Source: the human T2T-CHM13v2.0 reference genome, Homo sapiens. Taken from it: a stretch of 64,000 bases of DNA. Under the pieces are notes generated by a model. It made no database searches and was not told the DNA's origin. It worked only from the letters and a program-made list of their open reading frames with translations. The position numbers and the translations under genes were made by a program. The stretch is taken from assembly GCF_009914755.1 (NCBI RefSeq), contig NC_060936.1; one strand, written 5' to 3'. Below are positions 31,171 through 42,062 of this stretch, one piece after another (positions within the stretch are counted from its first letter, which is position 1; each line of letters begins with the position of its first letter).

Positions 31171-31542
31171 GGGGAGATTTTCCTTTCTTTTGAAAAAAAT
31201 TAAATTGAGGACTTGGGTGGTTGACAAGCTATCAATATTCCAAATTAATATGAAACAAAAGAAATTTAGAATTTCTCTTTAGAATGTTCTGGAAGGTCAT
31301 AGGTAAGACATTGGGTTTGGCACTGTTCCAAAGAAGAAATACATTGACATTTTAGACCAGATCACAGCTGCTAGATCAGACTCATTGGATGTAACCGATA
31401 ACTGACATTTTGCACCCTTTTGTGACTTGATTCTTACTCAACAGTGACAGAACATTGCTTTCATAATGTGAGTTAGGTAACATGGTTCTAAAAAGGGAGG
31501 CTGAACACTTTTAGCTCTGAACACAACCAGTGTTGATAGATA

Positions 31543-31598
31543 ATGCCACTAGATGTGACTGTGTCCCTCCGGATGACCTCAGCTACAGATGGAGAAAG
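31543..31598 (+). other. Candidate alternative coding exon segment MPLDVTVSLRMTSATDGE(R), in phase with the 124-nt RFX4 exon
   Basis: ATG at 31543 (A at -3, preceded by in-frame TGA TAG) and donor GAAAG|GTCAGT at 31598. 56 nt gives phase 2, matching acceptor 39890. Confidence 0.4.
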
Positions 31599-31694
31599 GT
31601 CAGTTAAGCTGGACAACCCAATGCCAAGGGCAGAAATTTCTCAGGGAATGAGATGCTGTGTTGTGGAACCACAACTTTTTTTAAAAAAAGTATT

Positions 31695-31885
31695 TTGTGC
31701 TGTGGGTAAATGTGTCAAATGGTAAAGCCATTTGACGGGCAATTTTGCAATCCATTAGCATTTGAAGCACATGCAGCCAGCAGCTGTGCTTCTTGATGCT
31801 GGCAGGGAGAAACACTCCCACACAGGTGTGTAAGGGGGCACATACGAAGATGTTCTGCGGGGCCTTATTCATAATGGCAAAGTGC
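31695..31885 (+). mobile_element. Old L1M 3' ORF2 fragment
   Basis: aaatggtaaagccatttg...ggcaattttgca...catacgaagatgttc...ttattcataatggcaaa. Confidence 0.55.
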
Positions 31886-32093
31886 AGTAGAGATGAGTAG
31901 AGTACTGGGTATAGGTGGAAAGGGACCACTGAGGAGGTAGCTTCTGGTAGGGGATGGTGCCAAAATCACCTCAGCTACTGTCCAGGACAACCAGAGCTCT
32001 GGGCTGCAAACCTGTAGCCTAGGCCCCAAAAGAAGCATTCGGAACCAAATGGAAATTGCAACACTGTGCTTAATACATTGCCTAGTTTTATCC

Positions 32094-32121
<28 letters not shown>
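32094..32121 (+). repeat. A28 mononucleotide run
   Basis: Direct count. Confidence 0.95.
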
Positions 32122-32125
<4 letters not shown>

Positions 32126-35100
32126 GGACTTGAATAACCAAAAACTGAGCTGAGAGATTCCAGAAGCTACCTAAGCCCAGGCCTTACTAGAACACTAATT
32201 CAGTAGGTTGTAGGTCAAACCCAGCGTAGGAATTGGATGACTACTGTTCTGGTCCAGTTTAGACATTACAATGGCAGGAATAAATCTCTGATTCAGTCCA
32301 TTGCCCCACATCAGCCAAACCTACAGGTTCAGCAATCACCCGTGGGATGCCAGGCTTGTCAGGTGATGTCACTGCTGAGCACACCTAATCCTCATGAAAA
32401 TCCTGTAGAGAAGGCAGGACAGCTACCTGTATTTAAAGAGGAGGAAACCAAGGTAGTCTCTTTCTACACAAAGAGGGGGACATTCCTGACTCCCCAGGGA
32501 AATCCTCAACAACAAGGAAGCTGGGTCAGCTGAAGTCCCCTGAGAAATGTCAGTGTCCACACAAATGCATGTTTCTGATTGGCTCGTCTACTTGGCAGCA
32601 AAGCATGGCTTAATGGTTGTGTAATGAAATAGATTGTTTTTTTGTTTGTTTTATTTTGCTTTGGAGTTTTCTAGACTTAGCCTCAGTCCTAACCAGAGCC
32701 TGTATGAGCCAAAGCCCACTGTTTTCTATTCATTTGCTGTCTGGTGGTGTTATCTCCCTAGCTCCCATCTTCCTTCTGGTAAACTGTCAGTTTCTTAAAG
32801 GCTGGGGCAAGAGTAGCATCTTCTTGTTCATGGCTGTATTCTACAGTGCCTGGCATATAGTAGGTGCTCAATAAATGTATTCTGACTAACCAAATGAATG
32901 TCAGTCTCTGGCACATAGTGAGAACTTTAGAGGCATCATACCTGAGTTCATACTTTTTAAGCCTAGCTTTTCCCAGCAGAGTCGCTGTGGACAAGCCACT
33001 TTACTTCCTTGGCCCTCCATTTCTTCCTCTATGTCCTAGGGCATAGTGTTTACTCATCTTGTGGGGGTAGTGATAGCCAATATGAACATCCCTAGCGCAG
33101 GGTAGGCACTTGAAAATATAAATCAAATATATTAATATTAACCATGCTTTTCCTTTAACTACCCAGATATTAAGATTAATAAAATACCAGAATCCCTTGA
33201 CCTGTGCAAAAGCCTGCCTTCCTTCTTATTGGCCTTTCCTCCTTTCCCCTCCTTCCTCCTGCAGTGTTTACTGACTGTGTTCAGGACACAGTGCTAGGAA
33301 CTATGTTAACATCAATAGGAATTTGGTTTGATCCCTGCCATCAAAGGACTTTCAGTTTAAGATACAAAACATTACCTGAATATTCCACAATATTGTAAAA
33401 TAATGCTAATTGTTACTCTTTATTGAGTGTCCCCCACAATAAAGGGCCTCAGGCTGTGCATGGATTCTTGTCTAGTCCTCACAGCAAGCTTGGGAGATGG
33501 TACAGTTTCTCTCATTTTACAGATGAAGGAAGTGAGAGAGTTCAAGTAACGTGCCCCAGGCTATATGCTTGTAAGTGGTGGAGGCAGGATTCAAAGTCAG
33601 TGATCTCAAACTCTAAAACCAGTGCTGGCTCCTGATGAAGCTATTTGAGCCATAAGCTATGAGGAACCATGGCCATCCCTGGGAAGTAGTGAGAGCTTTA
33701 CAAGCAGAGGATGTGGCTTTTCCTACAGACATAACAGCAGCTGGCATTTAGACCACTGCAGCACTCTACATGTTATTGAATGAATAAATGAATTTGGCAG
33801 GGAGGAAAGGATGAAGAAGTGGTTAGCAGATGGGGTTGAGTGTGCACTGAACATAGTTCCATGGAAGAGAAATGTGAGTTGCGCCTTGATGCGTGGAACA
33901 CGGTGGAGGAGGTCATCCCCTGCGGTAGGAAGGTGATGGATCGTGTGTGTGGGTGGAAGGTGACAAGGTGTGTCTCAGGAGCAGGAAACGATCCAGTTGG
34001 CTGGAAAGAGGTATACGTGTGGGAAAGCAGGACGGAAAAGGAGCCAGGGGCCTTGGATGCCACGGTCAGGAATCCAGACTTTTGTGGAGAGGGAACAGGG
34101 AGCCGTTGACGGGTGTAGACTACTGTCTTGTCCTGATTGCTTAGCAAGGGTTTTTTTTTTTTCTACATAGTTTACAGTCTCAGATCTCTGTGACAACTTC
34201 AGTGATAAGTTAAAATAGTTAATATTTTTAAAAATCCTGTTGTCTTGTAAAGTCTGGGCTTTCTGTAAAAAAAAAAAATCCTGTGGGGTTTTTTTTTTTT
34301 TTTTTTGGTAAAAGAGAATGAAAAAGTTTCTGTTCTTGACATGTGTGCAAGAACTTGAGGAGTGGGCACTTTGAACTGACGCAGAGCGACCTTTCCTAAG
34401 AATACATCGATCATGCTGCCCCCATGCTATAAAACATCTAATCAGTTTAAAAGATCTCTGCATATACATATAAGAAATCACAGGTTTAAAATGAGGACAG
34501 TGGGAAATGATGCCAGGTGCCGAAACATTTGCTTTTCATTGTAAAGTGCTGATACAAAGCTTCCTCCATGTGCCTTAGGAGGCCACATGCTGAAACCTTG
34601 TGAGGAAGTATTCTTAAAAATATATAACTCAGATAATGACTCATGTTAGCTAGCAGACTGAGCTCATTATCTCTCCATAATAGGATAGGCTCAATTCAAA
34701 TATAATCAAGTTGTTAAATAGAAGATAAGGAAAATGGAAGAAGTGGGAATTTTTTTGTGATCATTAAAAAAAACCCAGGTATAATGGAGCATTGTTCACC
34801 ATGTCAGACTAATGATGTCCTCTAAAAGAGAGGAGGAAACGAGAAAATTTCATCAGATATGAAGAAGAATAATTAACTGCCTTTCTTTCTGCCATGCTTT
34901 GGTCAGGGAAGTGGACATTCCAATTAGCAACTTTAGTAGATAGGCAGAACCTCTGGTTTTGGGCAAAGGTGTCATGATGCTATTCCTGTAGAAACTTATC
35001 AAGCATCAAAGGGGCCCTTCCATGCCAATTACATCCATTTGTTCATAGAGCTTATTAAAATGCTTCATAGTTATAAGCCACCTAGTTACTTTGAGGCTCA

Positions 35101-35970
35101 GAAGCTCCGGAAAGAGGAACAAAACGTGGGCTGAAATGTAGTAATTTAGGAGGCTCTGGCCTTTGACAGGTAACTGTTTAATTAGCCCAGCCTGTGTGAA
35201 CCATGACTTACACCCATCTGATTTGAATAGTTTGTTGCTGCTATGGGTTCATTTGATGTGATGTTTCTTAACCATGATCTTGTATTTTAATCTTGACCTC
35301 TTGGCCAGATTTAGTAAGCACACAAGCCACAAGAACAGCAAATGGAAACTGAGGCACAAGGAGCTTAAATAAAGTAACTTACTTAGAAACTCATGCTGTT
35401 TAATGCTGCATTTGAAAGCATGATTTTCACCCTTAACTGTCCTCTCCTTCTGCATTTCTGGTAGTGGAGAATGGAGCCCCCCATTCATCCATTCTGCCCA
35501 GTTAGGAACCTGAGGGTTTGCTTGGTTACTCCTGTCCTCCTCACATCTGGCAGCATGAGGCCCACACCCTAAGTGTTACCTCTGCCCCCACAACCATTGC
35601 TTCAGTTCATGCCCCATCATTTCCTGCCAGAACTATTATAGTAGCTCCTAATTGGTCTCCTGTGTTCATTCATTCATTCAACAAGTCCTAATTAATCAGC
35701 CACTATGTGCCAGGCTTTGATCGTCCTCCTGGGCCACCTCCCCTAGAGGTACAGAGCAAACTTTCCAAAGAATGCATTGATCATGCCACTCCCATGCTTT
35801 AAAAAATCTAATTGGTTTTAAAGGATTTCTATCAATTTAAATAATCATATGCAAGATGAATTCTGAATGGTTTGAAATACACATTTGTTTAGTGTGTTCA
35901 TGGATTTTTTTTTAGCCAAAATAAATTCTAGGAAGCCATTAGCAAAAATAAGCAAAAAGGGATACTTTTA

Positions 35971-36405
<435 letters not shown>

Positions 36406-37384
36406 GTCTAAGATGATACCTATGAGACAGGTGTTTTGTTGTTGTTTTGTTGTTTGACATTCTTTTATTATACTCAAGCCATTCCTGGCAAATAGAACGT
36501 ATTAAGCTTTAAATTAATGTCAGTTATTGTTGTTACTGATGATATTATTATTATTATCATCATTATTATTCCTATAGCATCCCGGAAGCACTCAGGTCTT
36601 CCCGACTCCTTTGAGTCTTTGTTTCTTTCAGTCCTCCTGAGTACAATTCTACCACCTTCTTCTGAAAATAACATTTTTATAGTAACTCTTGAACTCCAAG
36701 TGGGTGCTAAATTCTTAAGCCAAATCATATCCATTTGTGTGGCATTTAAAGACTCCCTCCACCTCCCATAGTTCTTCCCTTTAGATACCCTTTCCTTCTC
36801 TCTTTACTCAGATCAGCATCTCCATCATTAAAAGCACATGGCACTGTCTCCCATCCTTGCTGTTCTACTTGCCTGGAACCTCCCTCCCTCCCCCAACTAC
36901 CGTGGCAGAATACCAGAGAGATTTGGAATGAGACAAACCCTCCTATTTACTAGCTGCATGACTGGGCAAATGAGTTACACCCTCTGAGCCTCAGATTCCT
37001 ATCCTGAAACATATGTATAAATACCTACCTCATGCCATACGGTTATTGTGAGGTCAAATGAGACCATGGATACCCAGTGCCCAGCACCTAGTAAGAGCTC
37101 AACAGATGCTAACTGTTGTTGTTACACAATCCTAAACCCAACTCTTCTATGAAACTTTAATTATCTACTCTCATCTACACATCAATCTCTCTGTTTTCCC
37201 ACCTTCAACTGTACCTATGGTCAGGAGTTTATAGTAATTAAATATTATTTCTTGTGCATATGTCTCCCCAAATAGACTGCAAAGTTAACTAGGACATAGA
37301 TCATGTCTTATGCCAACACAAGTGCCTACAGGAGCCAGACAAGGAACAGAAAATAGACAGGGTACAAAGAAATAGGGAGGAGTG

Positions 37385-37585
37385 AGGACTCTGGCCAACT
37401 TCAGGGCACATGTAGCTCTGGCCAATTGTTGTCGTGCGGGAATATGGGTCCAGTGTTGCCAGATCTCAGCTTTTTCAAAAGAAGCCAGAAATCCAGATTC
37501 TTATGTGCAATGTCCTGAATTTTAAAAATTGGGCCAACACTGTTCAGGCCAAAACAAAGCATGTCTGTGAGACCCCAGTTTGAGA
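37385..37585. mobile_element. MER103-like hAT MITE
   Basis: ccagtgttgccagatct...tttttcaaaagaagccagaaatccagatt. Confidence 0.6.
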
Positions 37586-39889
37586 AAGCTGTCTTATTCA
37601 GATGGCCCCTACAAGTTTGTACGCGAGCTGGTTATTTGGACCTCTGAACTCACTTTTATAGAGAAACAATGCCGCGAATGGCAGTTAGGGGTCCAGGCTA
37701 ACCTCCCAGGCTGATTTTCATTCATACTGGACCTGAAACTTAGGACAGTCCTAAGAAACCTATTCTTTATGTGAAACCCTTTTCCCACTGGAAAACACAC
37801 TTAGAATTCCAATTTATGATGTCAAAGACATACATCAGAATGTAAGCCTGTTCAGGACAGGACCATTGTTTTGTTCACCACTGTTTCCTTAATGTCTAGA
37901 ACATTGCCTGGCACTTAGTAAATATTTGTTGAGTTAAAGGTTATCTGTGTCTTTGTCCATCTGTCTACCATTAATCTGTTCACTGTATGCAAGCATGGAC
38001 TATCTTGCTCACTGTGATATCCCCAGCGCCTGGCAGGTGATAAGATCAATAAATATTTGTTGAATGAATAAATGACTGAAATAATCTATCCATAAGACAC
38101 TTACTGAGCCCCTACTGTGTGCCAAGGAATATGCTGGACCTCAATGATGCAGAATTGACTCAGACACTATCCCAGCCTCAAGGAATTTGATCACCTAGAA
38201 AGGATTACATCAACTCTTTCTGGGAACATTTCTAAAAACTATCCCAAGTTACTCAATGTTCCCCATCCCAGAAGCGCGGGAAGTAGATGAGATGATCGGG
38301 GACTATTCAGCACCAGGTTTTGTCTTGGTGCTGACAGGTCTGTGTCCCTAGGGTTGTATTCCCCCTCTGTGGGGTTTGGGTATGAAATGATTGAACTGAT
38401 GTTCTTGCAATCACATGTTGGAATAAGTTGAGCGAGTGCTGCCCTTTCAAGTGGGCACCTTGGGGGGCCGTGTCCTCATTCCACTTCACTTACGACAGCG
38501 CTGGGCCACTTCTTTGGCAAATGCTCTCAGAGGGAGTTTTGAAGCCACTTGAGGACATTTATTTCATCACTTTGGAATTATGCCTTATTTTTGACCAAAA
38601 AATTGGGGGTGGGGGATGGTTTTCCAGTCACTTTATCCCCCAAACTTGCTTCCAAATAACTTTGGGTTGTTTCCTAAAATCTAGTTAATGATCAAAGGAG
38701 AAATGTTTCCTGTTGGTGCATTGATTTAGCAGTAGGTGCCCCAGGCTTCGAAGGCATGACCCTAAGAGAAGTTCCCAAATTGTCTTGTGCCACAGCAGTT
38801 TTCTTGGGAAAGGTATTTAACTTTCCAGAGTGCCTAGGACAATGGAGGCAAGATTTATTTGGATGCCTACATTCTGGTGTTTGGGTTAAAGAATAATAAA
38901 TTTTTTAAACCCTGTATCTAATTTTTGTTTATATCCCCAATATTTAGCACACGGTCAGGACATATAGTGCCCAAAAATGTTTTCTGGAGAGGAAGAACGA
39001 ATCATGAGGAGGTCTGACGTCTTCTCAGTGCTTCCCATGCACGTGCCAGGCACCATGCGGATGCTTGTCACACGTTACCTCGTCTGATCATTATAACCAC
39101 TTTAGGAGGCACTTACAATTCAATCCCACCAAAAGGAAACTGAGGCCTGAGCTTAAGTAACTTGCCCAAGGTCACCAAGCCAGCAAGTGACAAGGCTGGG
39201 ATGTAAACCCAGTTGTAGAAAATCTCTCCTACAGAATCCCTAATGGAGACTCACTAAGAAGGTGATGGGTATAGAATCATTATTCCTAGCACAGCAGAGG
39301 AGAAGAGGATTCTAAAGTAATCATGGGGCCAACTTCCTCCTCTGGTCATGAGACCTCCCTTCAGTCAGCAGATCAGTGTCTGTACAGCTATACAGGCCTC
39401 TCCTGGGGCATTGGTTTTCCCAGACAATCCCCCTCCATAGCATTTGTCAGCCAAGGAGCTCCAAGATGTTGACACATCCTCCTTGGGCTTTTAGCTGTTA
39501 CAAATGGCTCCTCAAGTTGGTCTGTGGTTCCATTCCTGGCTGATTGGGGCACCCACAAGACCCTATGTAGTTTTTGGAGTTTGCATGTATCTGATCTAGC
39601 CAGAACAAGGCCAGGTCAATGACAGTACAGAGTAGAGGATCTGGGAATTTGGGCTGAAAAAGTAGCCTGGTGTCATACCCAAAGGGGCCAGGATTCTGAC
39701 ACTGCCAAGCCACTAATGCCAGGCATGACCTTGGGCAGCTTGCTTTGTCTTCCTGGGCCCCAGCTTCTCCACCTGTAGAAAGAACGTTATTTCTAAGGAC
39801 TGCCCATCTCTGGAGGACTAGAAAGAACAGACCGTTCTTGCTTGGGGAAGGTAACACATTTTTTGCTCATTGGGCGTTTATTTCCCTAG

Positions 39890-40013
39890 GCTGGAGGAGA
39901 ACTATGAGATTGCAGAGGGGGTCTGCATCCCTCGCAGTGCCCTCTATATGCATTACCTGGATTTCTGCGAGAAGAATGATACCCAACCTGTCAATGCTGC
40001 CAGCTTTGGAAAG
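39890..40013 (+). CDS. RFX4: RFX4 coding exon (124 nt, phase 2 to 0): [44 protein letters not shown] winged-helix DNA-binding domain
   Basis: Acceptor tttccctAG|G, donor AAG|GTGAGT. The peptide lies in ORF 39870..40061 and matches the RFX DBD signature WL..NYE..EG...PR..LY.HY..C....PVNAASFGK. Confidence 0.97.
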
Positions 40014-41869
40014 GTGAGTCCAGCCTCATCAGGCTTGTCCTCCCTACCACCCCAACTTTAAGTAATTTATGCACAGTTTTAAAGCATTTTAGTTATTTTT
40101 TTTAAGTTATCAAAGTACTTACTTACTTTGGTACTTTGACAACTTCAACTTCACTGTAATACTTTGCTATCAAAATTTCAAACAATTCAAAAACATTGTA
40201 AAGTAAGAAATTCAATGTCTCACTTGAATTTCCTCAGTACTTAATTTTCATGAAGTCACTTATTTTCTCTGAGAGGCAAATATTGAACTCACAAGTGTGT
40301 TACATGGATGTCAATCAGCCTGGGACAGGCAACCTGCTTGGCTTAGTCATGTGGATGCCTGGAGAAACTGGAAATGGCCCTGTATCCTTAGATTGGAGGT
40401 GTGGGAGTCCTCTGCAAAGAGTGGTACTATTTGCATTATCACTACAGTCCAGACTGTTCTCTTTCCACCTTATAAAAAAAATGCAATCCACATTTAGAGC
40501 TATGTCTACAAAAAATTGTTAGCAGTGATCATTCCCATTTAATAGGCCAAGGAAAGCTGTTGGGGCATTCTTTAAGACTGATCATTTATTTATTTGATGG
40601 CTACACCAAAAAAATACCCAATTTGAGTCAATACATCTAAACCTTCCTCCTTTTGTTAGCTTCCTTTTTCTATGTGTAATTTTTTCTGCATCTGCTAACA
40701 AAAATAGGCTTGTTCTGTACCATGATTTTTTATCAGTTTTCTGAGTGCAGGAATACGAAGGGCTGAAATGGCAGAAAGAGGTCAGTGTATGAGTTTCAGG
40801 AATTCCCTTTTCAGATCCCCAAAAGATAAATCATCAGTAGGAAAAGACAAAGAGCCGTGTTAGGGCTGAGCCAGCCACCCTGGAGAGCCCAAAAATGGAG
40901 TGGCTGAGAAATGGCTCCATTCAATAAATGGGAGGATGCTCTGTGATGACTTGGGGAGGAAAAAACATTTTTGTGTTGATTAACATGATTTCTCCAAAGT
41001 GAAAGGGATGTTTTTTTAAAAGTCAGTGGAGAAACTACCTTTGGCTATTTCTTTCATTCATTTCTTCAATCCTTCAGTATTGGTAGAGACTGGCTGTGTG
41101 GCAGGCCCTGTGTTAAGTAGTGGCAGTGGGGACCCAGAAAGGAACTCAGTATGGCTCTGCTATGGAGGTGCCCCTCAGCAGGTGGGAGAAGGGAGAGCAC
41201 ACAAGGTGGATGTGTATGCTACCAGAGCTTGGTCAGGAGTTTGCGGTCCTGGAATATTCAGTGGCACCTACAAACCCCTCGCAGAGGCCACAGTGGAAAG
41301 CCCAGATGAGGCCTCTTACATACAGGTTGGGGACAGGTTGGGTGAACCAAAAGACCAAGAATCCTGACTTTCCTGGACTTATTATCTAACCTCTCTAAGC
41401 CTCAGCTGCCCCAGCTTCCTCAGGGGGATGTTGCAAGAGTCAACTGAGATGATGTCAGTGGATGATGGAAGGTACTGTTTACTCAGTCATCCAATAACTC
41501 AGACATTTATTAAGCACCTACCATGTGCGATTACAACTGTTGCTGTTATGAATTCTGCATGAGATGTCTGTGCATGGACATAAACAGACATTTGTTAGCT
41601 TATATTCTGCAAAACAAATAAAAACCCTCACCACTTGTAGAAACTCCAATTTGCCTGCACAAGAAGCCTCTATTCTCTTTTCCTCAACTACTTTTGTAAC
41701 CCTATTAGCTTGTGGTTTTCTTGACCTCCTGATCTAGGTAAAATCAGTTTAAGCGCACGCCTTCACCTCAGCACCCCAGTCCCATTTTCAATTTAAGTCT
41801 CAAGCCTGCCCCAAGACTTCAGCAAATCTCAAGGCATTTGCATTCTCAGGGTCACCTTGACTTGAGACT

Positions 41870-42062
41870 CTTCCTTCTGGTCATTAGCCATGTGTGGCTG
41901 TTTAACTTAAACAAAATAATAACTTCAGTACACTAGCAGTTGCATTAACCACATTTCAAATACTCAAGAGCCACATGTGACTAGAAGCTACCATATTGGG
42001 CAGTGCAGAATGAAACGTTCCCAGCATCACAGAAAGTTCTATCAGAGAGTCCTGTGTTATAC
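41870..42062. mobile_element. MER3-like hAT MITE
   Basis: ccacatttcaaatactcaagagccacatgtgactag...catcacagaaagttctat. Confidence 0.7.

Noticed and set aside
31547-31560. CTCF-like CCACTAGATGTGAC (also CCAGCAGAGGTGG near 18850)
   Set aside because: Lacks the conserved GGC of the core; chance-level match.
39870-40061. 63-aa ORF as a standalone gene or intron-read-through protein
   Set aside because: Starts at TTG in the intron. It is the RFX4 exon plus flanking intron, and the exon has a consensus donor.
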